From: Thalia democratica
Lineage: Eukaryota
Reading direction: 5' to 3'
Length of the DNA: 64,000 bases
NCBI GenBank assembly: GCA_965202585.1
Contig: OZ241829.1
Span: 84,010,001-84,074,000, forward strand
Shown here: positions 25,594-37,945 of the stretch, in pieces
Position numbering within the stretch: the first letter of the stretch is position 1
Layout of the letters: each line of letters starts with the position of its first letter
Position numbers and translations under genes: made by a program
Notes under the pieces: model-generated
Told to the model about the DNA's origin: nothing
Databases searched by the model: none
The model's input: only the letters and a program-made list of their open reading frames with translations

Positions 25594-26659
25594 TAGTAGA
25601 AAACAAGTCCTAAAATTCTTATTCATTTTAAACACACAGAAGTTACCTGAAATTTTCCACCACTACTATAACAACAAAATGTATGCATAATAAATTGTAC
25701 TCACCAGTTTTTTACTTTTCCTTCAAAATTTTTGAGTTTTTATAATAAAAAAACATTTAAAAGCCATTACACAATTTCAAAAAGTAAAATTCAAAACTTA
25801 AGTCATTTTGTCTTTGCTTCATACTGGTCGCTTTATATATTCCTAAATATAGTTATTGATGTTAAGTTAGATTAGGTTTGAGTGACATTTAAAAAATAAA
25901 TTTTGATTAAAAGTATTCTGAAACCAAAAATGTGAGTATCACTTAAAATGTTAGATCTTTTCACATCTGTAAAAGTAAAATCTGTTGAAAAAATCAATAT
26001 TTATTCTTTAACTACCTCTTTCTTTGTCAAAATCTTACTGAAGAAAGTATGTAACAAAATTTAGCTTAGTTGAAGAAAGTTTTCCATCATTTACTTCTAT
26101 ATTAGGCCACGTTCAAAAAGTTTTTTACGTCATTTGCTAGGTTATGTTATTTAAACTCTTATTGTCTAAGATTGAGTGTGTATTCAATCCTGGGTCACTA
26201 GCTGTGTTTTTTTTTTTTTGACTTTTGATATAATTTTTTTTTTACATTTCTTAACGATAATGGATCTATCCTTATCCTTTGGAAGTTTTAATTCTGTTCT
26301 CCTTTATGGGAAATGAGCTCTCTTCAATTCTTAACAAATAATTGCTGTTACTAATCTGTTATAGTTTTTGTCTACCATGTGTTTTAAGCTATAACATATG
26401 ATTTTTATCAAATTACATTTTTCAGGTTGAACAGCAAGTTTAATGAATTCTTGGACAAAACCTTTTACGGGCTTTTTTAAAGAACCATTATTTGTAGAAT
26501 ATTCTACACATGTCACTCTTTAAGTGGTAGGCGACAACATAGTTTTTACTTATGTAGCCCCTTTTTTGTAGTTGTTATTAAAATGAAAAGTGTTTTTCCT
26601 TCCTTTTTACGGATTCCTTGTTAATTTTTGGCATTTCACTAAGTTGTTAGTTAAAAAAC

Positions 26660-26810
26660 ATTTTGTAGCAAAAAGCATTGCAAATTCTATTCAGAGCAGA
26701 CCACAGCTGGTGCCATCTTGTTGAAGAGAATTACAAATAGTTTATATTTCCCATTCCTTAACTTCTTTTAGGTTTGAGTTCTAATGCACCAGGATCCGTG
26801 TAAGTTCTAA
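26660..26810 (-). pseudogene. Ulp1/SENP (peptidase C48) fragment, catalytic Cys region
   Basis: Minus strand ...EWEI*TICNSLQQDGTSCGLL*IEFAMLF; Q-x-D-G-x-S-C-G motif. Confidence 0.75.
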
Positions 26811-26869
26811 TCTTTTCAGATCTGGTTTTACAGTTTCAATGAATGTGAATTAATTTATAAATCATATAA

Positions 26870-27060
26870 ACTTGTGCTTTGCATTTTTGACCAGTTTTTG
26901 AAAACAACTCCTTGCAGTTCCAATGTTTGACGCTAGTGTGCTTGTTTTGCGTTTAACAATGTAGTATTGGTTTTTACCTCAAATGATACTTATGAACGAG
27001 TGGAAGACCACAAAATATCCATATGTTACCATTTATTTCATTTTTAAATGGGTAATTTTA
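26870..27060 (-). pseudogene. FLYWCH-like zinc-finger fragment (MULE N-terminal type); second copy ~44060-44260
   Basis: NYPFKNEINGNIWIFCG...YYIVKRKTS...HWNCKELFSKTGQKCKAQV (frameshifted). Confidence 0.5.
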
Positions 27061-27084
27061 AGATCTATATTTTTAATTTTTTAC

Positions 27085-27140
27085 AGATGTTACTAATGTC
27101 ACAATAGCAACTAAATTGGTATATAACCATGCTTTTATCA
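27085..27140 (-). pseudogene. Penelope GIY-YIG endonuclease fragment (copies ~44280-44340 and ~45165-45215)
   Basis: DKSMVIYQFSCYCDISN matches the V-I-Y-x-F-x-C-x-C-D-x-x-Y-I-G start of Penelope-type GIY-YIG. Confidence 0.6.
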
Positions 27141-27389
27141 AATTTCAATGTCTTTTCTTTTCTTTCAGGTTTCAATAAAAAACTTGAGATAAAAGCTATT
27201 TGGTTTGACAACAAAAATGTAGTACATACGTGTCAGCTGTTTAATATTCTCTAAACCAGCAAATGTTTTATTTGTGGACTAAAATTTTTAGATAAATACA
27301 CATAAAGCAGATAGCTAAATAATTTTGAGAAAAATTCATCAACATACCTAATATAAAACTTTTGTTTTTTGTTTCAAACATTATGTTAT

Positions 27390-27720
27390 TATGCTTGAAA
27401 AATGCCAAAAAAAAAGCTTTGAAATCTCCTCTTTTTGAAAGAGTACATGTTTTTACTTCTTTTTTGAAATTTTTTGGTCTGTAGGCACAAAGTTAACTGA
27501 AACGAATCTTTCAAACCATTGATTGAAGATTCATAATTTAATAGTTTTATGCAGTTTTCTGCAGCAGCTATAGTGGAAAACTCGTTACAGTCAGTATTAC
27601 TAAGAAAATATTCAAACCTTGAAACTCGTTTTTTTCTTTCTGCAACTTTGCAAACAGTTTTTGAGTTGTAGTTCCATCTAGTTTTGCATTTAGAAGGAAC
27701 ATTCACTTCTAACGTCTTCA
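27390..27720 (-). pseudogene. hAT transposase fragment (ZMYM1/PRKRIR-like); copy ~45350-45720
   Basis: VPSKCKTRWNYNSKTVCKV...FEYFLSNTD..FSTIAAA...LL....LQK: TRW motif plus the downstream helical region. Confidence 0.65.
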
Positions 27721-28399
27721 TTCAGGTGACTTGAGGATATTAGACCTATAGCTTGCTTAAGTTTTTCTACACGTATATTTTTTGTTTAGATTGTAAAATA
27801 AGCGTTGCAGAGTCTTCAGGTTGAGAGCAATTTTCATGTTCATTATTTATTTATCATCTTTTAAACCCAATATATCATTCCAAATTAAGATTTTTGAGTG
27901 CCCATCAACTGTAATTACTTCAACCAGTTGAAAAAGAATTGATACTTGTAACTCGTTGACTCAACTTCTTTCAAGTCCTCCATAATGTTTTTAAGAACAC
28001 TTCAGAGCAATAAGAATAGTTAAGTTTAATGTTGGTGTGCTGTTATTCCAATCGTAGAGTTTAAATTTATTATATTAACTTCTGTTTAAGTATATCATGT
28101 CCATATTGATGGAGGTGGTAGTCTTATTAGACATGATTACCACATAATAATACAGATTTGAATCTTCTGTGCCACCCTTCAATCTGGTTGTTAGTTGTAT
28201 GTTGGTTGTTTCTAGTTATTTCATTCACATTCAAAAAGTTAAATTGTTTGATAGAAAATGCTTTTAATTCAAATCAGTGGTTGAAATTCGTCGTGCGTGA
28301 GCTCATCTGTGAAGGCCATTTAATTGATCAAGTAGTTTTTTCTTTCTGCACCTTTTTATACTTTGGCAGGTCACGAAGTTATTCCTTAAAAACCGCTTT

Positions 28400-28860
28400 T
28401 TTAGCTAAAAAGCAAATTCTATGCAGAGCAGGCCACAACTGGTATCATCTTGTTGAAGTTAATTTCATAAAAAACACAAAAAAAAAAGTGTAAACTTGAA
28501 CAATTGGGTGTATGAGATGCCATCATTAGTACCTCATCCAAGGTACTCAACGTCAGAATTCTTGAAACCTTGCAAATTTTGCCTGCACCTGACATGTATT
28601 CCATCATTGCCACTATCAAATACCCATGTGCTTTTATGTTTGAGTTCTCTTGCATTAGGATCCGTGCGATTATGTACTTTTGCAAACCAGCTCTCAATAT
28701 TTTTTCTAAGCTGTTTGCAGAATTTCTCATTTAATTTTTAATGTACAGAACTTTATTGTGTTTTTCAAACATAATAAATATCAAATGTTTCTGCCCGTTT
28801 ACAAATCTGTCTAAATTCTTGTTATATACCGAAATTAACCAGTTTTTATCTTCTTTAGGG
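28400..28860 (-). pseudogene. Ulp1/C48 protease pseudogene, the longest copy
   Basis: NWLI...LDRFVNGQKHLI...KHNKVLYI, KFCKQLRKNIESWFAKVHNRTDP...KSTWVFD, then QQDDTSCGLLCIEFA; stops and frameshifts present. Confidence 0.75.
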
Positions 28861-28929
28861 GCCTATCTCTAATTAACTATGTGTTAATTAATTATCTAAT
28901 TAATCTAACTTCGTATTTAAGATGAAAGA

Positions 28930-29240
28930 TATAAAATGTGTAATAATAACTAACACTTTGTTCGTTTCCAATGAAGTTAGTTTACAAAGATGCTCGAATA
29001 TCTCAACCAGATGTTTTAATGTGGTTGAGTTTCCCTACTGTAAAGCTTTCACACTATGTGCAACCTTGCTATTAGGAAAAAAAGGTGAAAATTTGAGTGT
29101 TGTTAGAAGTCCGTCAGAAAAATGGAATAAGACATTTTGATAATAAATTTTATAATTAGTATAAATGTCAAAAAATCCTTTTTTCATACCACACCTTTGT
29201 ATTTTCCTTATAATGTTTTGTCCTAGATGGAACAAGCATC
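28930..29240 (-). pseudogene. MULE (Mutator) transposase fragment; partial copy ~40170-40370
   Basis: FHLGQNIIRKIQRCG (C-x-F-H-L-x-Q motif), then L-P-x-S-K-V...LIEIFEH. Confidence 0.7.
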
Positions 29241-31569
29241 CTGTTATGGTACATGATGGAAATTTATTCTAAATTTAAATGTTATTAATCAATATTAATA
29301 ATTAAAAAGATTTTTGATTAAACTTTCTACAAATCTTATGTTGTTTCTCAAAAATATAACAACTAACTTTGACAGCGTTAATTAAAGCCAATTAAGTTTT
29401 GTTAATTACTTAAGGTTGTTTTACATGGATTAATTTTTTTTAAATCTGTAATCATTCCTGCTTGATATTAGCAAACTTCATCTTATTTTAAGTTTTTACT
29501 CTTTTGGTGCTAAATATAAATAGAGGAACTTAGTTAGGTTACTACCTTTTTTAAGCTCGTTCTCCCATTTTTTTTACCTCAATGTCTAATTCTAGACCAC
29601 TCTCTGATGTCCATTCCGGTTTAGGCCTAAATACTCTCCCGAAATGACCATCTTTTGTGACTAAATACTTAAAGGGTTCATATGATTTGTTCTTCCACTC
29701 AGTTATAGCTAAAAAGTTTTTGAATCTAGTTAACCTTATATGACTTTCATTCACGTTCCATGAAGAGCTTGTTGCAAAGCTAGCCTGACTTCCGTCTGAC
29801 GTTTGTTTTTCTTGAGATAACCATCCAACTGGATTTCAAAGATTTCATTCTTGTTGCCCCTAAGGTTCGCCTTATGACTCATTTTCCGGTTCAACAGTGT
29901 CTCTAGTGCCAATGTTTGGAAGATAGTTCGCATACATAAGGTCTGTTTTATACCTTTTGGCAGTTTCTAAAAAGAATTTACGAATTTCTTTGCTTAGTTT
30001 ATAGGAATTCTGTTTTGTTCTTTTCAACGTTTCACGGCGTAGTAGTTCACCAACAAAGTTCCATCCGGTAATGCTGTATATGTTCCTAGTGGCTTGTCTT
30101 GTTAAAACATAAGGTTTTTATCAACATTTGTTTGCATGATTTCACCTTGAATTGGTGTAAATCTGAAAACCCTTTGAGTACTAACAGTTCAATGAGACAT
30201 AATCCTTTTACATGTTAAACAAATCTTCATCATCTTTTTTACTTCTTAAGATCTCAAAACAGATGTTCATGTATCTCTAAGTAAGTCAAGTTGCATCCAT
30301 ACACGGTTTTCAACCGCTTGCTGAAGTTGGTTATATTGTTGATCCTATATTTTGTCTTTAAAATTTTTTTATCTTGTTAAAACGTTCAAAAATCTCGTTG
30401 ATCAGGTTCACTAGGCTAAACGAAGTTTCGGGAATGGTTACCCGATGATGCGTATAGTTCAGTAGTTGACAATTTGCATCGACGACAGACCTCTTTATCC
30501 GTGCAAAAAGTCTGTATTAGTTATACTATCTGCATTCACATGTTTTTTACAAGAAACTCAAGTGTTGCCGTTTCCCTTTTGCCTCCCAAGCCCAGATAAT
30601 TTTAAGTGTATTTTGAAACCGTGATCCCCATAAATGAAAGTTATTTATGTTGATTAAGACCAAGTTTAAAGTACTATCATAGAAGTTTACACATGTACAG
30701 TTTATACATAACTTAGATTACGGATTTAAATTACCATATTGCCATCGTATGTACGGGAGATAGTATTGTTGTATTTGCGTCTTGCAGTAAAGCTTAATAA
30801 AAAATATTTTACACAGTTAAACCTTGTTTATTGACTTTGGTAGACTTGCTTTTGTGGTTTTGATAGAGGAGGACATTAATACTATTATTAACATCAGCTT
30901 TTCATGTAACTTACGGGAGGAGTACCTTGGGGTGGTGGACATATTAGTCACCATGCTAAATCGTTGGGAAGGTTTTCTAGAGGTTAGCTTTGATACATCT
31001 AGATTAGAGGAAGGTTAATAATTAGGGTCCATGTTTGGTATATTGAGTCAATTAATAAACAAAGTTACGGCAAAGCAATGTAAGCCCATAAATTTATTAC
31101 ATTTTGAAATCAATACAAATAAATTCAAATTTAGAAATATGGCAAATGAGTCGAATATAAAAACTTAGCAGTGAATAGTTAAGATTAGTACCAGCCCTAA
31201 TTGAATTGTATACATTAGCAGTTTATTATGTTTTTTTTTTTTGAGCTGGAAACTAACTGCTGAGTTCAAATTTAACTGTTCAATTCCAAAAACAGAGCTT
31301 GAGTTCCAAACAAGCAACAAGTGGAAATCAAAATGAGTTATAAGTTAACTGATATCACTTACTCAAAACTTAAATACAGGATTTGTAGACACACTTTAAA
31401 GGTAAAAAACAAACACAAACTACAGATCTCTATGTATATATTATTTTAAATTACTATAGTTGTAAACTAAATGTTTTACTATAACTTTCCTGATAACTTT
31501 TTACTTTTTTTGTGTTTCCATTCAAGTTTTCCAAATTATTTTTTTTTCCAATTTTGTGAAAATGCAATT

Positions 31570-31830
31570 ACCAGTTTTTTATACCTACATGTTAACAAAA
31601 AAGTTCTGAAATTTTACTGGTGCTGGTATGTGGAATTCTGCAGTAAACTAGTAACTGCGCTTCTCCAGACACATCAACACTCCCATCCAGATGTATATAA
31701 AACTGATTACATAAACGCAATTTTCCTAAAAGCTGTTCTTTCATATTTTGAGCTACAAGCATGCATCTTCTAGCAATTGTTCTGGCAGACAAAGGAATGG
31801 TATCAATTCGTTTAGCAGCATCATAAGTAA
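31570..31830 (-). pseudogene. hAT transposase fragment (Buster/Charlie, FAM200/ZBED5-like), first catalytic Asp region
   Basis: SARTIARRCMLVAQNMKEQLLGKLRLCNQFYIHLDGSVDVSGEAQLLVYCR matches TI-x-RR...QL...F-x-L-x-LDESTD-x-S-x-x-AQLL-x-Y-x-R. Confidence 0.85.
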
Positions 31831-32407
31831 TTTAGTTATGTTTGTCGCTCAAATCTATTTAATAATACTAAATACTTTTTACTTTCTTTTAAAAAACACT
31901 TTTCTCACTTTGTCACAAATGAAAGAATATTTAACAATTTTACTTCTTTCTACAGTTTTATGTGACTGTGTCTGGTTATAGTTTTATTAGTTTATTTTAT
32001 AAAGAATTGCACATTGAAGCTATTTGGGTCACCAGCTGTGATTTTTATTTTCTAACTCGTAATGATAAATTTAATTTTTACTTTTTTTATAGATAATAGA
32101 TCTACCCTTATCCTTATGAATATTTTAGACTGTTCTTCTTTATATTAAAAAAGAGCTGTCTTGAATACTAATTAGTACGGTAAAGCAAAAAAGTTAATTT
32201 AGATTCTACTTAACATTTTCTCAATAAAGAAGGATAGCTAGTATTTTTACTGTAATGAACAGTTAAGTTTAATACCGCTATTGATAGTAGCATCATTTGT
32301 TTCCTGTTGTTGCTGATCTTCTGAATATATTGACTTTTTAGTACTTTGAATACCAAAATTACCTATAAAATAACAGGTTATTAAACGAAGTAAGAAAAGT
32401 AAAATTA

Positions 32408-34460
32408 CATGAACCTGTAGTTAAATTTAATTTTTTTTTTTTATAGTTTCATAACGTAATGATTTAATAGAATTGAGCATAAAATATTTAGCACGATTTC
32501 CTAAAGTGCTTAAAACAAAATAGATTAAGTTTGGCATTTTATACCACTGAAACAACACCTCTAGCTGTAAAAAGTAAAGGGCTGACTTTTCACAAGCGTT
32601 TTGTATCCCGTGGTTTGAGCAATTTATATGAAAAATATTCTTAAATTTCCATTCTAAAATTGCTTGCAGCCCATTTTGTTTTCCGACTGTGGAAACCGCT
32701 CTATCTGAACCTGGTTATGAAAGTAGTTGAAGCAAAAAATGTGGTTTTTACCAAAAAACATTGTTTTTTTAGAACTTTAGGTCTATAATTCATAAATATA
32801 AAATATTTTGATTGATAAAACACTTTTTACATTGATTTAGAGTTAATATCACAAGGTTACAACTGTATTTAAATAACAAGTTTGATGCAGCAGTATGTGT
32901 ATACTACTCAACCTAAATGAGTACTTCATTCAAATATATTTTGATAAAGTTTTGCGTAATATTGTGGCGATTTCGATTTATATTATTATCTTCTCATTTC
33001 TTTCTGCTGCACCATCTGGTTGGCGGTTTGGCTGAACCCACCTTCTTTTTTGCAAGAATTGCCTCAAAAACTTTGTCCACACAATTAAAATTAAAACAGC
33101 CTTATCCTATTTATTGTTGTCGAAATTCTGGTGTTAGCGTTTTGTTTTCTAGTAAAACAAACGTTTATGTACTGCTTCGTTTTATTACCTGGTTTCGGTG
33201 AGCGTTAGCTGACCTGAAAACATGGCCTACCCCCTATGGTCTTAAACAAGCAAATATAAGTTGCTTCTCTTTTATTAGGCAACAAACAATACACTAAGGG
33301 AACCACTGACCCGTAGCATTTACGAATGATCAATAGTTTTTTAAATTTATTCAATAAGAAAGCTTTATTTTAGCTGGTTTAACTAAGTATTTCATCACCT
33401 TCGATTAAAGATTTGTCTTCGACTACGCTAATAAGAACATCAGTTTCTTTAGCAGAAATAATCTTTTTAAATTTTTCTTCGTAAAATGAGGGCTTGTATC
33501 GTTCCAAACCATGATTTTCATTAGTTGCTTTTTTAACTATTGCATCGACCTTAGCATTGAATGCGTGTTGATAAAAACCTTGTGATCTGTTGTTACCTTT
33601 TTTCTTTTTAAAACTAGTATCCCATTCATCATCTTTATTGAACACGTTTATTTTTTTTTGGCATCTTCGTCAACTCAGTCATGTTAATTGCTTGGTTTAG
33701 CATATAAGTCTCTTGGTCTTTGTTATATATTTTTCTTAGTTTTTTTAAATAACCGTGATAGGTCCATCTTGTATTAACATCGCCATCATCATCTTCTGCA
33801 TGGTCTTTCTTTCTTTTTGTCCATATTTTATGTTTTAAGGAAGAAAACCACGATAGTTTTCAAAAGGATTTAGGAAAGTTAAGAAATTCTAGTTTTTGTT
33901 GAAATACTGTAAAATTTTGCTAAACTATACACGTAAATAATACTTTAAGTTTAACATTCAAACTATTGGTTTAAAACATAAGTATCCGAATTTGAATGAA
34001 AGTCAAATGACTTACAATTAGTCTTGGTATTCTGCCCCTTACCAGAAGGATTATTTTTTTGGCCAAAGCATTTGTTCTAATTTTTTCTAGTAGGCTTCCC
34101 AGTAGATTTTTGTTCTCAATTTGTTTTTCATGAGCAGCTATGACACATGTATCTAGAAAAATATTTTTGAAGATTGCTTATCGAAAAGAATAAACTTCAA
34201 ATTATTTAAGTTATATCAAAGTTGTAATTAACCTGGATTTTAAAAGTTTTTCAGAAAATATTCTGTAACTATAGGCATAATTTATTTGGGTTCTTAATTG
34301 ATATAAAGTTTTTGAAACTTTTTCTATTTTCCATGCTTGCGTCTATTTTATTATTCAAATCTTAGGTAAGCTGTGTAGATTTTAGTAATTTACTAAAAGC
34401 ATTTACATTGACTCGTCTGGTGACGTCATTTTTAGTTTTTGAGTTCATTGAAAATTTAAT
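32408..34460. repeat. ~2.05 kb direct segmental duplication, copy 1 (copy 2 at 53594-55650)
   Basis: Long identical runs between the two intervals (I estimate >90% identity); includes a MULE VPLVYCLLPNK piece and an intron-containing exon pair. Confidence 0.95.
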
Positions 34461-36043
34461 AGAACTGTTTAGGAAGATGGTTGAGTTATCTGTACGTTTG
34501 GTTTACCATCTTTTTTATTTGCAGACGAACTGTTTCTGAGCATTCTGGAACTTATTGCCAAAATGTTCTTCATACTTTTCTTGCTTTTTTAATTTGTTTG
34601 AAATTTTTTTTTATAAGTGCTTCAACAAATCAAACCTTGAAAAAACTAACCAAAAGTTTTTATACAATCAAAAATACCATGCATCAAAATATAAATTTTA
34701 AAACTTTTATGTATTGTAAAAAGGCTGAACAGGTTTTGCTACAAATTATAAACAAAACATGAAGTTAACAGCAGGTACGTTAACAAAAAGTTTCGTTATT
34801 GTTTTTTCGTTATCAATTGAAGCTTTAGCGGTGTTCACCGAAGTACTGTGATCTATTTTCAACAAATTATTAGAAAAGTGCAGAAATTCTTGTACTAAAT
34901 AACCGTACCAACTGTTTTTCTCGCGCTGATGACATTCTTCAAAGCCTCTCCCAGTCCTTTAACTTTTCACATCTCAAAATTTCTACGCCGTCAAAAACTG
35001 ATTGACTTTTATTACTTGGCAGACTAGTACTGTGCTCCTAGTACTTCAGGTTGGGAACAACAAAAGTATTATTAACTTGAGTGACTTTTTGATTTCAAAT
35101 TATTCACTATGTACTTACCAGGGATTACAATTGTGTATAAGTCAATTTTATCTGCTGCTTTTAAAATCTGTCCCATGTTCTTTCAAGTATTTATGGAAGC
35201 TGGATTTGCTGGTTCAATTTTTTAAACAATTTTAAGTGTTGAGCTGTATAATGAAATTAAATAATTAACTTTTTTGTTAAACAGTTTCTACAAATAGTTA
35301 CAAACTGTAACATTTAGCCTAGAGCGCCTTCCTACGTTTCTTGAGTTGTGGGATAACATGCCTTCGATTGCAATACCATTTCTCCGGTATAGGTTCAGAC
35401 CGTAGTTTAAGTTCTTCAAGGATCATCATTACAATACTCTCAAATATGTTCAAGCTGTAGTTTAATTGATATAATACTATTGGTTTTATAAAGACATCTT
35501 GAAATGTTAGGAAATTAAATAATCTTACCTGTTTTTCTATGTTTTTTGCTGTGTTCGGTTTCCACTAAAAAAAGAGAACGTTATTGTGGACTTTATATGT
35601 AAATACAATATTTTAAACTTCCAATCGATTTAACTCTACTAATTTTTCTTTCAGTTTCTATCAACATCGACCTAATGATATTGTTTTTATTTTATTAACC
35701 ATGGCTTTATTTACAAAGCTAAAAGCTTACTTGGTTTTTAACGTTTTCTATTCTGTTCTCCACATCCTAAAAATAACAGTATACTAAAATTATTAAAAAA
35801 CATTCTTTAAATACAAAATAAATATATGCTACTAAATCATAAAATAACCAATGATTTATTAATAATCAGCATTTTAAGAACAAAAAATTCAAAATTACCT
35901 GAATTTTTCATCTTATGTTTTTTACGAGGTTGAGGCACCTAAAAAATGAACATTGTCGCTAAAACAAATGTTTTAAAATTCTACTCAATTAAGGCGTAGC
36001 TTGATCTATATCAGCCGCTGCTAAATATTTTGAAGTGTTTTTG

Positions 36044-36525
36044 ACTCAGAGTTCAATGTTTTCTGTTTTCTAGACTTCCAAACCTCTTCAATAGATAAAG
36101 TTACGTCATATTCTAGTCTCTTTGTCAATGAAGATTTTCAAGCTTGTTTTCAATTACATGACTTTCGTAATAATATCTAGTATATAATATCTATGATACC
36201 ATATATCACTTTTTGTTTGAACCACTCAGAGTTCAATGTTTTCTGTATTCTAGACTTCTAAACCTTCAATAGATAAAGTTACGTTGTATCCTGGTCTATT
36301 TGTCAATGAAGACTTTCAAGCTTGTTTTCAATTACATGACTTTCGTAATAATATCTAGTATATAATATCTATGATACCGTATATCACTTTTTGTTTGAAC
36401 CACTCAGAGTTCAATGTTTTCTGTATTCTAGACTTCCAAACTTCTTCAATAGAAAAAATTTCGCAGTATTCTGGTCTCTTTGTCAATGAAGACTTTTGAA
36501 ACTTGTTTTTAATTTCATGACTTTT
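36044..36525. repeat. 2.7 tandem copies of a 178-180 bp unit
   Basis: actcagagttcaatgttttctg at 36044, 36224 and 36402; the minus strand reads as a decayed peptide (EEVWKSRIQKTLNSEWFKQKVIYGIIDII). Confidence 0.9.
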
Positions 36526-36719
36526 GTTCCTAAACCATATGGTTGGTGAAAAAATAATACATTTGTTATTTAATATATCTAGCATGTGTTTTAAGCTATA
36601 ACAAATGATTTTAATTAAATTACACTTTTCTTGTTGAACAGCCAATTAACAATATAGTGAAAACCCGTAACAGTCAGTGTTACTAACAAAATATTCAAAC
36701 CTATTTTTTACCATTTAAT

Positions 36720-37260
36720 CTTTCACGGGTTATTTTCTGAAAGTCTTCAACGGGCCACAAACAGCCTGTTTCTTCGGCAAGCTCTCTAAGGGTAGTTATA
36801 AAATTAATTTTTCTGAAAAATGTATATTACCCATCAATTTCATTAAAACTTTCAAGCTGTTTCCATTCAGAAGTTTTGAAACCTCCATTTAGGCAGTCAT
36901 AAGAATTTTTATCGTTTTGAAACATGACCCGCTTATCACCATCTTTTGAAAAGTTGAATTTTCAAAACTTTTTTTCAAATTACAAAAATCCTCATTATAA
37001 TTTTTTTTTTGAATCACTGAAATTTGTTGGCAATCATCATATGGCTCGCTCGTGTTTTTCTTATGAAAATGACAATTTTGATATTAACTTTTCTTAATAC
37101 TTTGTCTTTTCTTAAGAAATTATTCGCGAAGCTCCTTTGTTGGCTTAACTTAAATGTGAGTGACCGCTTCTCTTGATAATATTTCCTTAGCGAACTGTAA
37201 GTATTTTGATGCTTAAAATACTGAGTAAAGTTAACGTTCGTTTTGTTTTTTTTTACCATA
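36720..37260 (-). pseudogene. Nudix hydrolase-containing ORF remnant, copy 1
   Basis: MGNIHFSEK..TTLRELAEETGCLWPVEDFQKI (frameshifted Nudix box); homologous to 46070-46560. Confidence 0.65.
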
Positions 37261-37859
37261 TCATTGAAAAAACAAAAACTACTTTTTCAACAAACCTCTA
37301 GTAAAAAGACTTTAGAACTGGTCTCATCTTATTTAAGAAGTCATGGGAAACTTTTATATAATTTAACTGAAGCCTTAAAATTCTCTCAATATAAAGTTCT
37401 AATGCTTTATTTCTACTCTCAGTAGAAATAGCTTTTTAGAGTCCAGGAGTTTTGACGCTTAACAATTAACTGAACATTTTTTTTCATGAACTATACTTAA
37501 AATTAAAATATAATTCAACTGTAATAAATTTAATAACGCGAACTTGAAATATTGATATTTTTGAAGAAATCATGGTTTCTCACCAATAACTTTAGAGGCT
37601 TTGAATGAAATAAACTATCATTAATGTCTTCTTCTATTGACAAGTTAGTCTCCTTAATAAAACTTTTTGTTTTAAAATAGTTTTTTCAAAGACTTAAATT
37701 TTAAAACTCATAACTAGCACAGTTATCTTCAGCAACCTTAGCCTGAATAGTGCCACCTTGATTTTTAAGGATGACTTTGGCTTTTCCATCTTGAAAATCT
37801 ATTGATTTCAGATAAATTTCTGCTATATATATTATGTATAAATAATAGCTATAAATAAA

Positions 37860-37945
37860 AGGTTTGGGTTCTGTTGCATCAGGATCCGTGCGATTATGTA
37901 CTTCTGCAAACTAATTCACAATATCTTGCCTAAGCTGTTTGCGTT
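37860..37945 (-). pseudogene. Ulp1-gene fragment
   Basis: KQLRQDIVN*FAEVHNRTDPDATEPKP, homologous to the ~28670 and ~62560 segments. Confidence 0.65.
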
